Part shown: positions 39,005 to 48,876 of the stretch, piece by piece
How positions within the stretch are numbered: position 1 is the stretch's first letter
Layout: each line of letters opens with the position of its first letter
Assembly (NCBI GenBank): GCA_050011195.1
Contig: JBEKJO010000011.1
Location: forward strand, 4,958 to 68,957
Direction: 5' to 3'
Source: Verrucomicrobiota bacterium
Lineage (GTDB): Bacteria; Verrucomicrobiota; Verrucomicrobiia; Limisphaerales; UBA8199
Length of the DNA: 64,000 bases
Notes under the pieces: generated by a model
The model's input: only the letters and a program-made list of their open reading frames with translations
What the model was told of the DNA's origin: nothing
Database searches by the model: none
Made by a program: the position numbers and the translations under genes

Positions 39005-40702
39005 ATGCTGCGCCGTTATTGGATTAAGGGAGCGATCCTGGCCACGAGCAGTTTGCTGGTGGCCGGATGCGGCTCCGCGCCGGGGCGCAAGTCAGCGCCG
39101 CAAAAGGAGCAGTCCGTCGTTTCCCTCAAGCCCGAGCGGGCGGACGACCAGTCCACCGAGCGACTCACGGAGGCTCACGCCCACTACGCGGCCGGCGTCA
39201 TTCATGAAATGGACGATGAGCCGCGCGCGGCCACGGATGAGTATTGCCAGGCGGCCATGCTGGACCCGGATGACGCGTCGCTCATCCTTGAGGTGTCGGG
39301 CCGCCTGCTTCAGAATAAGCAACTGGAGAAAGCCCTTGAAGTCACCACGCGCGCGGTCGCGCGGCCGAATGCCTCGGGTCAGATTTACGCGCGGCTGGGG
39401 CTGATTTATGCTCAGCTCGGCAAGCCTGACCAGGCAGCCGCCGCCAACCGCGCGGCGATCAAGAAATCGCCCGGTTCGCTCACCGGCTATCAGAACCTCT
39501 TCCAGAGTTCTTTGGGGAACAAACAGCCGCAAGAGGCGCTCAAAGTGCTCGATCAGGCCGCCCGGCAGCCGAATCCCGACGCCGGGTTCCTCATCGGCCT
39601 GGCGGAACTCTACACGAGCTTCGGCGTGCAGGTGCCGGCGCAAAAAGACAGCGCCAACGCGAAAGCCCTGGCCTTATTGAACCGGGCCGGGAAACTGGGT
39701 CCCGCCACTCCGCTGCTGCGCCTGAAGCTGGCGGACGGTTTCAACCTGCTGGGCGAGGCGTCTAAAGCCGCGCAGTTCTACCTCGAAGTGCTCAAACACC
39801 CCCCCGATTTGCCTCTCATTGAGGAGCGGATCCATGCTAATCTGACCGCGCTCTATCTGCGGGGCAGCGATCACAAGCGAGCCGTCGAACAACTCCAGGC
39901 CATCCTGCGCGACGACCCGACCAACCCCCAGGCTTACTATTACCTGGGCCGCCTTGCGCTCGAGGATAAGAAACCGGACGAGGCGGCCGACCATTTCCGC
40001 AAGGCGCTGCTGCTGAACCCGGATTTTGAATCCGGATATTACTTCCTGGCCATGGCGCAAATGGAGCAGAACAAAATCAGCGAGGCTCTGGCCACGCTCG
40101 ACAAGGCGCGCCAGAAGTTTTCACCGAGCTTCGCTTTGGAGTTCTATACCGGGCTGGCCTTCAGCCGGCAAAAGGCCTACGCCGAAGCCCTTCAGCATTT
40201 CGTGTCCGCCGAAGTCATTGCCAAGGCCACCGACCCGAAACAGCTTGATGACGGCTTTTATTTCCAGGTGGGCGCAGCCTGCGAGCGCAAAGGCGATTAC
40301 GCCCAGGCCGAACAGTATTTCCAAAAGTGTCTGCAGCTTGCGCCTGACTCCGCCGAAGTGATGAATTATCTGGGCTACATGTGGGCCGAGCATGGCCTGA
40401 AGCTCGACCAGGCGCGTGAACTGATCGAGAAAGCCGTCAAGGCGGAGCCGAAAAACGCGGCTTACCTCGACAGCCTGGCGTGGGTGCTCTTCAAACAGAA
40501 CCAGCCCCAGGCGGCGCTGCCTTACGCCCTCAAAGCCGCCGAGCTGTCCGAGCAGCCCGACGCGACTGTGTACGACCACCTCGGCGACATTCAGGCCGCG
40601 CTCAAACAGATCGAGAAAGCGCGCGAGGCCTGGCGCAAATCGCTTTCCCTCGAGCCCAATGAGGAGGTCCGCAAAAAGCTCGGGTCGAGCGGCCTCAAAT
40701 GA
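39005..40702 (+). CDS. TPR-repeat lipoprotein
   Basis: Start at MLRRYWIKGAILATSSLLVAGC (lipobox), followed by more than 10 TPR units. An in-frame GTG at 38954 is an alternative start. Confidence 0.8.
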   Translation: MLRRYWIKGAILATSSLLVAGCGSAPGRKSAPQKEQSVVSLKPERADDQSTERLTEAHAHYAAGVIHEMDDEPRAATDEYCQAAMLDPDDASLILEVSGRLLQNKQLEKALEVTTRAVARPNASGQIYARLGLIYAQLGKPDQAAAANRAAIKKSPGSLTGYQNLFQSSLGNKQPQEALKVLDQAARQPNPDAGFLIGLAELYTSFGVQVPAQKDSANAKALALLNRAGKLGPATPLLRLKLADGFNLLGEASKAAQFYLEVLKHPPDLPLIEERIHANLTALYLRGSDHKRAVEQLQAILRDDPTNPQAYYYLGRLALEDKKPDEAADHFRKALLLNPDFESGYYFLAMAQMEQNKISEALATLDKARQKFSPSFALEFYTGLAFSRQKAYAEALQHFVSAEVIAKATDPKQLDDGFYFQVGAACERKGDYAQAEQYFQKCLQLAPDSAEVMNYLGYMWAEHGLKLDQARELIEKAVKAEPKNAAYLDSLAWVLFKQNQPQAALPYALKAAELSEQPDATVYDHLGDIQAALKQIEKAREAWRKSLSLEPNEEVRKKLGSSGLK

Positions 40703-40738
40703 GGTTGAGGAACGGCCAAGTATCCCAAGCGAAGAATC

Positions 40739-41122
40739 ATGGCCAACCAGTTTCGGAAGCATTACACCCGCGACGAAGCCCGGGCCTTGCTGCCCCAAAT
40801 CCGGCAGTGGCTGAAGCGGATTGCTCAACTGCACGCCGATCTGGAGAAATTGGAGGGGCGTCTGAGCGGATTGATGTCCCCCGGCTGCGACCTCGGCGGC
40901 GAATTGGTCAACCGGTGGGTCAGAACCCTCGCCGACCTGGAAGAGGTATTGGTCGAATTTCAGCGGCGTCAAATCCAGGTCAAGGACATTGACCGCGGGC
41001 TGGTCGATTTCCCGGCCATCATCGGCGGCAAAGAAGTGTTCCTGTGTTGGGAGCAGGACGAGGAGGACATCGAATTCTGGCACGAACTGGATGCCGGTTA
41101 TGCGGGGCGGGAACGGTTGTAG
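40739..41122 (+). CDS. DUF2203 domain-containing protein
   Basis: Motifs YTRDEARALLPQI and VKDIDRGLVDFPAIIGGKEVFLCWEQDEEDIEFWHELDAGYAGR are the characteristic DUF2203 pattern. Confidence 0.85.
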   Translation: MANQFRKHYTRDEARALLPQIRQWLKRIAQLHADLEKLEGRLSGLMSPGCDLGGELVNRWVRTLADLEEVLVEFQRRQIQVKDIDRGLVDFPAIIGGKEVFLCWEQDEEDIEFWHELDAGYAGRERL

Positions 41123-41377
41123 GGCGCGCGAAGCGACAAAAACAGCGGCCCGGCAAGCGAATCGTCCTGTGCCCCAGGATTCCAGGACTCCAGCCCTCCC
41201 GATTGCCCCGCGCGCTTTTTTTGAACGTTAACCCGCCAAACCAATCCAAAAATGCCGAAAAGGCCCCGCGGCCTGTAACGGCGCGGGCCGACGGTACTTT
41301 GTGAAAAAACCAGTTTACAAGTGCGCCGGAACTCGCTATTCCGACCGTTCATTTCGGAGAGAAATGGAACATGTACT

Positions 41378-42334
41378 ATGATTAAGGTTCAAAATCTGGC
41401 TAAAGCTTTCGGGACCAAACGGGCTGTGGATGACGTTTCGTTCTCGGTGGACCGGGGCGAAGTGCTGGGCTTTCTCGGCCCCAACGGCGCCGGCAAATCC
41501 ACCACCATGCGCATGATCACAGGCTTTTTGTCGCCGTCCGGCGGCTCGGTGACCGTGGGGGGCTTCGACCTGGCGGAGCACCCGATTCAGGCGCGGCGGC
41601 TCATCGGCTACCTGCCGGAAAACGCGCCGGCCTACACGGACATGACGGTCCACGGATTCCTCAACTTCGCGGCGGAAATCCGCGGCTTGCGCGGCGACGC
41701 GCGGAAGAAGGCCGTCAACCGAGTGGTCGAGATGTGCTTCCTCGAATCAGTGCTGCATCAAAGCGTCGAGACGCTCTCCAAAGGGTATCGCCATCGCACC
41801 TGTTTCGCCCAATCCATCATTCATGATCCCGATGTACTGGTGCTCGACGAGCCGACTGACGGGCTGGACCCGAACCAGAAACACGAGGTGCGGCAGTTGA
41901 TCCGGCGGATGGGCGAGAAGAAGGCGATTATCTTCTCGACGCACATCCTGGAGGAGGTTGATGCCGCCTGCTCGCGGGCGATCATCATTGACCGCGGCAA
42001 GATCGTCGCCAACGGCACGCCGCAAGAGCTGCGGCAGAAGTCGGAATGGGCCGGGGCCGTGACGCTGCGGGTCAAAGGCGTGGCCTCGAGCGCGGTGACC
42101 ACGAAGCTGTATCAGGTGCCGCTGGTCAAGCGGGTGACCGTGGTGGACGAAAAAGACGGTCATGTGACCGTGCGGGCCTTCCCGAAGGCCGGCGCGAACG
42201 GCGCGCTGGCCCAAGCCATCGGCGAGGCGGCCCACGAGTGGCACATCGAGCAACTGCAGGCCGAGGAAGGCCGCCTGGATGAGGTTTTCCGGAGCATTAC
42301 CATGCCGGACACGGTGAAGGAGGCAGCGAAATGA
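41378..42334 (+). CDS. ABC transporter ATP-binding protein (GldA-like)
   Basis: Walker A GPNGAGKST, signature LSKGYRHR, Walker B VLVLDEPTDGLD. Start at MIKVQNL. Confidence 0.92.
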   Translation: MIKVQNLAKAFGTKRAVDDVSFSVDRGEVLGFLGPNGAGKSTTMRMITGFLSPSGGSVTVGGFDLAEHPIQARRLIGYLPENAPAYTDMTVHGFLNFAAEIRGLRGDARKKAVNRVVEMCFLESVLHQSVETLSKGYRHRTCFAQSIIHDPDVLVLDEPTDGLDPNQKHEVRQLIRRMGEKKAIIFSTHILEEVDAACSRAIIIDRGKIVANGTPQELRQKSEWAGAVTLRVKGVASSAVTTKLYQVPLVKRVTVVDEKDGHVTVRAFPKAGANGALAQAIGEAAHEWHIEQLQAEEGRLDEVFRSITMPDTVKEAAK

Positions 42335-43077
42335 ATCCCTGGCGAAACATCTGGACCATTACCAAACGCGAGTTGGGCGCCTATTTCACGTCGCCACTCG
42401 CCTATGTCTTCATCGTGATCTTCCTGCTGCTATGCGGGTTCTTCACGTTCTTCGTGGGCGGGTTTTTCGAGCGGCAGGAAGCCTCCTTGGTTCGGCCATT
42501 CTTCGACTGGCATCCGTGGTTCTACCTCTTCCTCGTGCCGGCGGTGGGCATGCGCCTGTGGGCCGAGGAGCGGCGGGTGGGCACCCTCGAGTTGCTGCTG
42601 ACCATGCCCATCACTGCCTGGCAGGCCATCGTCGGGAAGTTCTTGGCCTCGTGGCTCTTCTTAGCCTTGGCCCTGGTGCTCACTTTTCCGGTGGTGCTTA
42701 CTGTTAACTACCTTGGCCACCCGGACAACGGAGTGATCCTGACGGCCTACGTCGGGAGCTGGCTGATGGCGGGCGCCTACCTGGCCATCAGTTGCGTCAC
42801 TTCCGCGTTGACGCGCAGCCAGGTCGTCAGCTTCATCATTTCCCTGGTGGTGTGCCTGTTCTTGATCCTGGCCGGGTTCCCCCCGGTCATCAACGTCCTC
42901 GAACAGTTCGCCCGGCCCTGGCTGGTGGACATGGTCACATCCTTCAGCGTGATGACCCATTTCGAGGGGTTCCAAAAAGGCGTGCTCGACTCGCGCGACA
43001 TTCTCTTTTTCCTCTCGGTTATCGGGTTCTCACTCTTTACGACCAGTGTGATCCTGCGCACCCATCGCGCGGGCTGA
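42331..43077 (+). CDS. ABC-2 type transporter permease (GldF-like)
   Basis: Six predicted TM helices. ATGA start/stop overlap with the ATPase gene. Confidence 0.88.
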   Translation: MNPWRNIWTITKRELGAYFTSPLAYVFIVIFLLLCGFFTFFVGGFFERQEASLVRPFFDWHPWFYLFLVPAVGMRLWAEERRVGTLELLLTMPITAWQAIVGKFLASWLFLALALVLTFPVVLTVNYLGHPDNGVILTAYVGSWLMAGAYLAISCVTSALTRSQVVSFIISLVVCLFLILAGFPPVINVLEQFARPWLVDMVTSFSVMTHFEGFQKGVLDSRDILFFLSVIGFSLFTTSVILRTHRAG

Positions 43078-43093
43078 GAAAAGGGAGGCATCG

Positions 43094-45013
43094 ATGCAAA
43101 AGAAATCGCTTCAGACAATTCTCTATTCGACCGCCGGCGTTCTGGTGATGCTGGTCATTTTGATTGCGTTCAACTTCATCGCCGGCACAGCGCGCACGCG
43201 CCTGGACCTGACGCAGGAGAAGGCCTACACCCTGTCCGCTGGCACCAAGGCCATCCTCAAGAAGCTGGATACGCCGGTCACCCTCCGCTTTTACTGCACG
43301 CAAAGCGAGAGCGCGACGCCCGACACGGTGTATCTCAAGGGTTATGCGCGCAAGGTCGAGGACCTGCTGACCGAATACAAACAGGTCGCCGGCAGCAAGC
43401 TCAAGATCGAGAAATACGACCCGCAGCCGGATTCCGACGCCGAAGACTCGGCGCGGTTGGACGGCATCGAACCGAAACCGCTGCCTGGCGCCGACCGGTT
43501 CTATCTCGGCCTGGCCGTCAAGTGCGCCGATGAAGTGCAATCCATTCCGTTCCTGGAGCCCACCCGCGAACGCCTGCTCGAATACGATGTCACTCGCGCC
43601 ATCGTCCGTGCGGAAACGCCGGAGAAGCCGACCATCGGCCTCCTGAGCCCGCTGCCGGTCTTCGGGATGCCTGCCAATCCGATGATGATGCAGATGGGCC
43701 AACAGGGCAGCCAGCCCTGGACCATCGTCACCGAGCTCAAGAACGATTTCAACGTCAAGCGCGTGGGCATGGATGTGGATAAGATTGACGATGACATCAA
43801 GCTGCTGCTGGTCATCGCCCCAAAGGATATTTCCGACAAGGCCCAGTATGCCATTGACCAGTTCATCATGCGGGGCGGCAAGCTGCTGGCCTTCCTCGAT
43901 GCGCAGTGCCTGGCGGACAACCGCCAGCAAAACCAGATGATGGCCAACATGGGCGGGGGCGGTTCATCGCTGGACAAGCTCGTCAAAGCCTGGGGGATTC
44001 AGTTCGATACCAGCAAGGTCGTGGCCGACCTGCAATATAAAATGCAATTGCGCGGGCGCAACGGCGAGCCGCAGGAAGCGCCGGCCTGGCTTAACCTGAC
44101 TCGATCGGCCATGGACACGAACGACGTGGCCACCAGCCAGATCGGCGACGTCTGGCTGCCCTTGTGCGGGGCCTTCACCGGCACCCCGGTGGCCGGGCTG
44201 AAGGAGACCGTGCTGCTGCAAAGCTCCAAGGACTCCCAGTTGGTGGACGCCATGCTCGCCAATTTCTCGGGCGACAACGTTCTAAAAGAGTTCAAGCCCT
44301 CTGGCGTGAACTACAAGCTCGCGATTCGCCTCACCGGCAAGTTCAAGACTGCCTTCCCCGATGGCGCGCCGCCGGACAAGAAAGACGAAGGCGAGAAGAA
44401 GGATGAGAAGAAGCCGGACGAGAAGAAACCCAATGATTCGCTCAAGGAAACCAAAGGCGACAACGCCGTGGTGCTGTTTGGCGATGCCGATTTGCTCTAC
44501 GATCCGTTCACGATACGCCGGATGGACAGCCCGTTTGGCGCCTTGCAGATGGCCATGAACGCCAATCTGAGCCTGGCCCAGAACCTCGTCGAGCAAATGA
44601 CCGGTGACAGCAATCTTATTGCCGTCCGCAGCCGGGCGACCCTGAACCGCCCTTTCGAGAAGGTGCAGAAAATGGAAGCCGCGGCTAACGAGAAATTCCA
44701 GGGTGAGATCAAGCGGCTCCAGGAGAGCAGAGACGAAGCCCAGCGCAAGATCAACGAGTTGCAGGCGCAGAAGAAGGACAAAGACCAGCGCTTCATTCTG
44801 TCGCCCGAACAGCGGGTCGAGCTGGAGAAGCTCCGCAAGGAAGAAGCCGATACCGGCAAGCGCCTCAGGCAAGTGCAGAAAGACCTGCGCAACGAAGTTG
44901 TCTCCATGCAGAACTGGATTAAGTGGATCAATGTTCTGGCCGTGCCGCTGGCGGTGACGGCCACAGGCATCGTCATTGCGATTGTTAACCGCAGAAGGAC
45001 TTCGGCAAAATGA
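43094..45013 (+). CDS. GldG-family ABC-transport auxiliary protein
   Basis: N- and C-terminal TM anchors, a large periplasmic domain with the GldG pattern (RLDLTQEKAYTLS..., FIMRGGKLLAFLD), and a Lys/Glu-rich linker. Confidence 0.85.
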   Translation: MQKKSLQTILYSTAGVLVMLVILIAFNFIAGTARTRLDLTQEKAYTLSAGTKAILKKLDTPVTLRFYCTQSESATPDTVYLKGYARKVEDLLTEYKQVAGSKLKIEKYDPQPDSDAEDSARLDGIEPKPLPGADRFYLGLAVKCADEVQSIPFLEPTRERLLEYDVTRAIVRAETPEKPTIGLLSPLPVFGMPANPMMMQMGQQGSQPWTIVTELKNDFNVKRVGMDVDKIDDDIKLLLVIAPKDISDKAQYAIDQFIMRGGKLLAFLDAQCLADNRQQNQMMANMGGGGSSLDKLVKAWGIQFDTSKVVADLQYKMQLRGRNGEPQEAPAWLNLTRSAMDTNDVATSQIGDVWLPLCGAFTGTPVAGLKETVLLQSSKDSQLVDAMLANFSGDNVLKEFKPSGVNYKLAIRLTGKFKTAFPDGAPPDKKDEGEKKDEKKPDEKKPNDSLKETKGDNAVVLFGDADLLYDPFTIRRMDSPFGALQMAMNANLSLAQNLVEQMTGDSNLIAVRSRATLNRPFEKVQKMEAAANEKFQGEIKRLQESRDEAQRKINELQAQKKDKDQRFILSPEQRVELEKLRKEEADTGKRLRQVQKDLRNEVVSMQNWIKWINVLAVPLAVTATGIVIAIVNRRRTSAK

Positions 45014-46287
45014 ATCGGAAACAGCTCTTTATCCTACTGGTGTTGGTCGTCGTGTTGGGCATCGCCGGACTGGTTGTTTACCAGCGCAACCAGACCTCGT
45101 GGCAGGGGGGCGGCCGCCAGGGCGCCGCGCTGAAACTCCTCGGCGATCTGCCGGTCAATGACGTTGCGGCCATCGTGATCAAAGGCGGCACGAATCAACT
45201 GGACCTTGTGAAGAAGGACGGTTTGTGGCGGGTAAAGCAGCGCAATGAGTACCCGGCGAACTTCTCGGAGTCACCCGGCGACGGGCGCCCTTCGATTAGC
45301 GGCTTCCTGCTCAAAGCCGCCGACCTTAAGGCTGTCCAGACCGAAGAAATCGGTCCCTCGCAGTTGGGCCGTTACAAGCTGCTCCCTCCCGGGCCGGCGA
45401 CCAACACCGCCGTCCTGGTCGAACTCCGCGACCAGAACGGCAAGGTGATCAAGTCACTGCTGCTGGGCAAAACCCACATGCGCAAATCCGAGGGCCGCCC
45501 TTCGCCGATGGGTGAGATGGGTGACAACGAAGGCTGGCCCGATGGCCGCTATGTCATGGTTGGCACGGGAGCCAAGACCGTCGCCGTGGTGTCAGATCCT
45601 CTGAGCAACCTCGAAGCCAAACCCGACCAGTGGCTGAACAAGGACTTCTTCAAAGTGGAGAAAATCCGCTTGATAGCCGTGGCGTATCCCGTGGCCACGA
45701 ACTCGTGGAAAGTCACGCGTGAAACCGAAGCCACCAGCGACTGGAAATTGGCCGAGGCCAAAGCCGGGGAACAACTCGACTCTTCCAAAACCTCCAGCTT
45801 TTCGTATGCCCTGAATTCGCCGAGCTTTAACGATGTCCTGCCTGCCGACACGAAGCCGGAGCAAACCGGCCTGGACAAGCCCACCGTCATCACGCTCGAT
45901 ACCTTCGACAACTTCACTTACACCCTCAAGGTCGGACAGAAGACCAACGACAATCTCCCGATGGTTGTCGCCGTAACGGCGCAGCTCCCCAAGGAGCGCA
46001 CCCCCGGCAAGGACGAAAAGCCCGAGGACAAAGCCCGGCTCGACAAGGAATTCAAGGAGCAACAGAAGAAGTTCGAAGACAAGCTGAGCCAGGAGAAGGG
46101 CTTCGAGAAGTGGGTCTATCTCGTCTCCAACTGGACGGTCGATTCGCTGCTCAAAGACCGCGCCCAGCTCCTCGTCGAAAAGAAAGAGGAACCGAAGAAA
46201 GACGAGAAGCCCGCTGCGACCAACTCCTCGAAAACGGAAGAGTCGCCGGCGCTGCCGACGGAGCCCGAGCCGGACGAGAAGCAGTGA
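45010..46287 (+). CDS. DUF4340 domain-containing protein
   Basis: N-terminal TM helix. ATGA overlap with the gldG-like gene. This is the canonical fourth gene of ABC/ABC-2/GldG operons. Confidence 0.75.
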   Translation: MNRKQLFILLVLVVVLGIAGLVVYQRNQTSWQGGGRQGAALKLLGDLPVNDVAAIVIKGGTNQLDLVKKDGLWRVKQRNEYPANFSESPGDGRPSISGFLLKAADLKAVQTEEIGPSQLGRYKLLPPGPATNTAVLVELRDQNGKVIKSLLLGKTHMRKSEGRPSPMGEMGDNEGWPDGRYVMVGTGAKTVAVVSDPLSNLEAKPDQWLNKDFFKVEKIRLIAVAYPVATNSWKVTRETEATSDWKLAEAKAGEQLDSSKTSSFSYALNSPSFNDVLPADTKPEQTGLDKPTVITLDTFDNFTYTLKVGQKTNDNLPMVVAVTAQLPKERTPGKDEKPEDKARLDKEFKEQQKKFEDKLSQEKGFEKWVYLVSNWTVDSLLKDRAQLLVEKKEEPKKDEKPAATNSSKTEESPALPTEPEPDEKQ

Positions 46288-46559
46288 TTCCCGACCCCGC
46301 GGTCGGGATGGGCGGCTGACACGCAAGAGCGCCAAGGCAGCATCTTTCCCCCTCGCTCCGATTCCTCGGCGGCCTGTGGGGGGGCTTCGTTGTTCACTTC
46401 ATCCGCAAACCAGCCGGCACGCCGGAAGTCCGCGTCCACAGCGCAGCGGGCCATGCTGGCTGTCAACCGATGCGGCTTCCGCTCGCGTGGCATAGGTCGT
46501 GCGGTTCGCCAGAGCGAATATTCAGTTCAGATTGGTTCGGTGGCGGGAAGTTATCGCGT

Positions 46560-47381
46560 ATGAATGCCTTTAGAGTCCATCATCACGCCGCAGCCAGGCT
46601 GTGGTGGTTAACCCTGGCAGCATTATTGATGCGGCCCCTCGGTGCCTTGGGGGCGACTGAGGATAGATTTGATGTGCTTCAAATCGGGACACGAACGTAC
46701 ACAAATGTGACAGTCACCACCAAGGCCAAGAACTACATCTTCATCCTCCATGCTGGCGGCATGACCAGCCTCAAGACCGCCGAGCTCCCGCCCGACCTCC
46801 AGCAGAAGCTCGGCTATGCAGCCGCTCCGGCTTCGAAGGCGCCGACCAACACCGCAACCGTCTGGGCGAAGAAGGAACTCGCCAGGATCGACGTGCCGCA
46901 AATCAGGGACCTGAGGAAGCAACTGCAACAATGGCGTGCAGGTCCCCCGGCGCGCTTGGCGGCAATGGCCTGGATCGGTCCCAAGCCGAACTGGACCGTG
47001 TTGGGAATCGTGCTGCTGCTTTGTCTGTTGCTTTATCTGTTCTATTCCTATTGCTGCATGTTGATTTGCCGGAAGACCGGCCACCCGCCGGGCATTTGGG
47101 TCTGGTTGCCGTTGTTGAAGCTGTTTCCGATGCTCCGCGCCGCCGGCATGTCCGGCTGGTGGTTTCTGGCTTGCTTCGTGCCGGTGCTCAACCTCGTGCC
47201 GCTGATTCTTTGGCCGCTGAAGATTGCCAAGGCACGCGGCAAGAGCGTCTGGGTCGGGGTTCTGCTGCTCCTGCCGGTCACCAACCTGTTCGCTTTTCTA
47301 TATCTTGCCTTTTCCGACGGCGCTTCTGGAGAAGAGGACGAAGGCCCCGAGCCGAAAGTGATGTCTCTGCAGACGGCCTGA
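46560..47381 (+). CDS. Membrane protein with C-terminal DUF5684-like domain
   Basis: Signal peptide from MNAFRVHHHAAARLWWLTLAALLM. The C-terminal TM region RKTGHPPGIWVWLPLLKLFPMLRAAGMSGWWFLACFVPVLNLV...KARGKS matches the DUF5684 pattern. Confidence 0.7.
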   Translation: MNAFRVHHHAAARLWWLTLAALLMRPLGALGATEDRFDVLQIGTRTYTNVTVTTKAKNYIFILHAGGMTSLKTAELPPDLQQKLGYAAAPASKAPTNTATVWAKKELARIDVPQIRDLRKQLQQWRAGPPARLAAMAWIGPKPNWTVLGIVLLLCLLLYLFYSYCCMLICRKTGHPPGIWVWLPLLKLFPMLRAAGMSGWWFLACFVPVLNLVPLILWPLKIAKARGKSVWVGVLLLLPVTNLFAFLYLAFSDGASGEEDEGPEPKVMSLQTA

Positions 47382-47389
47382 CCTGATCA

Positions 47390-47842
47390 CTACTCCCGCG
47401 TCTTGGAATCAATGATGATCGTCACCGGCCCATCGTTGGTGAGACTCACCTGCATCTCCGCCCCGAAGTCGCCTGTTTCGACCGGCCTGCCCAGATCCTG
47501 CGTCAGCCGGGCGATGAATTGCTGATACAACGGCACGGCGACTTCCGGCCGGGCCGCGCGGCTGTAGGAAGGCCGGTTTCCTTTCTTCGTGCTGGCGAAC
47601 AGGGTGAATTGGCTGACCAGCACGATGCCGCCCTGCACGTCCTGCACCGAGCGGTTCATCACGCCGTTCTCGTCATCGAACACGCGCAGCCGGACAATCT
47701 TGCCGCTCAGCCATTCGATGTCTTCCACCGTGTCGGCTTCCTCGACGGCCAGCAGCACCGCCAGTCCGTTTTGGATCGCGCCTTTGACGACGCCATCAAT
47801 GCTGACTTTGGCTTCGGCGACCCGTTGAATGACGGCGCGCAT
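47390..47842 (-). CDS. dtd: D-aminoacyl-tRNA deacylase
   Basis: MRAVIQRV start. SQFTLFA, GNRPSF-like (GNRPSY) and NDGPVT motifs. 150 aa. Confidence 0.93.
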   Translation of the reverse strand: MRAVIQRVAEAKVSIDGVVKGAIQNGLAVLLAVEEADTVEDIEWLSGKIVRLRVFDDENGVMNRSVQDVQGGIVLVSQFTLFASTKKGNRPSYSRAARPEVAVPLYQQFIARLTQDLGRPVETGDFGAEMQVSLTNDGPVTIIIDSKTRE

Positions 47843-48006
47843 CAGTGGGATTTCTTCGGCAAACAGCCCAGCTTTGCGAACGCAACCGCGTAGGTCAGGA
47901 ACCCCACAATCAGCAGCCAGGGTTCACCCCTGACGGCCAGCAAAATGCCCCAGCCCAGCATCAGGGCGATGACCAGGTACGCAAGGATTGCCAGAAGGAA
48001 CTTCAT
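47842..48006 (-). CDS. 54-aa two-TM microprotein, translationally coupled to dtd (below the ORF-track cutoff)
   Basis: Encodes MKFLLAILAYLVIALMLGWGILLAVRGEPWLLIVGFLTYAVAFAKLGCLPKKSH. Its TGA shares one nucleotide with the dtd ATG (TGATG). Confidence 0.5.
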   Translation of the reverse strand: MKFLLAILAYLVIALMLGWGILLAVRGEPWLLIVGFLTYAVAFAKLGCLPKKSH

Positions 48007-48081
48007 GCAGGGATGTTACCGCCATTCCGCTTTGGCGCAAGTCCGCCGGTGTGGGGCAGACCCGAATCTGCGGTTAGCCCC

Positions 48082-48306
48082 TCAGGCCGGAGGTCCGTAG
48101 TCGAAGAGCCGCAAATGGGTATCGAAAGCCTCCTCGGGCTCGGCGTTAAGCTGCAAGACGAGCTCCACGTCGGTGAGGTGATACCTCAGGCAAGTATCAA
48201 TGGCTTTGCCGGCGTCAGGAAAGTCCTGGGCCTGACCGGGGTCCGGCGTCCATTGGCCCTGGCCAAAATACTCGCGGGTCCTTAGACTCTTAAGCAGCCG
48301 CCGCAT
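48082..48306 (-). CDS. Small hypothetical protein P3 (74 aa), paralogue of P2
   Basis: Protein-like composition and shared motifs with P2 (see findings). There is no SD. CACAAT lies at -12..-7 relative to the A of the ATG, with TTGGTA 16 nt upstream, consistent with a leaderless mRNA. Confidence 0.5.
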   Translation of the reverse strand: MRRLLKSLRTREYFGQGQWTPDPGQAQDFPDAGKAIDTCLRYHLTDVELVLQLNAEPEEAFDTHLRLFDYGPPA

Positions 48307-48312
48307 AACGCA

Positions 48313-48379
48313 ATTGTGTGAATAACTTGGTGAATACCAAGTGAAAAAGTGAAATACTTATCCACAAGTTGTTCACAAT
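48313..48379. repeat. Dyad-symmetric element between P2 and P3
   Basis: ATTGTGTGAATAACTTG (48313-48329) versus CAAGTTGTTCACAAT (48365-48379), an imperfect inverted repeat. Inner hairpin CTTGG-tgaata-CCAAG. The right arm overlaps the P2 stop. Confidence 0.6.
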
Positions 48380-48681
48380 AGAGGCTCCTTCTTTCCGGGA
48401 CTCGTTGACTTTCCCTTCTCTCCCGGGCGGCTTTCCCCGCTGGGTTGACGCCGGCCCAAGGGATCAGGTCGGGAGGGTGATGGGGGGACGGGCAGAACCA
48501 GATCGTAGCGCGGGTCATCGTAGCACAGAAGAATCTCCACATTCTCCAGGTGAGCTTCGAATATCCGTTCCACGGCGCGTGCCACTTGCGCAAGGTCTTC
48601 TGCCGCCTCTTGTTCGGGCGTCCACTTGGATGGCCCTTGATAGTACCACCCGGTTTGAGTGTCGCGCAAAAACACTTTCAT
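48373..48681 (-). CDS. Small hypothetical protein P2 (102 aa from MKVF; the ORF is open to 48765)
   Basis: AGGAGA lies ~12 nt upstream of the ATG at 48681. The N-terminal ~65 aa align with P3. The C-terminal tail is Pro/Ser/Gly/Lys-rich. Confidence 0.5.
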   Translation of the reverse strand: MKVFLRDTQTGWYYQGPSKWTPEQEAAEDLAQVARAVERIFEAHLENVEILLCYDDPRYDLVLPVPPSPSRPDPLGRRQPSGESRPGEKGKSTSPGKKEPLL

Positions 48682-48876
48682 GAACTCGCTCTGCTCTCCT
48701 GCCCCAGCAGGTTCTTCTTTGGTTTCCGCAGCGCGGCTGAATTGTGCAGACACGCTGCCAGCCATTATTCTGACTTAAGAACCACCGTTGCACAATCCGC
48801 AGTAATACTGAATTCGCTGACGCAGAAGTACGGAAGCCCCCGCGGGCTTGATCGCGGTGAATTGCCGGGCTTGGGC

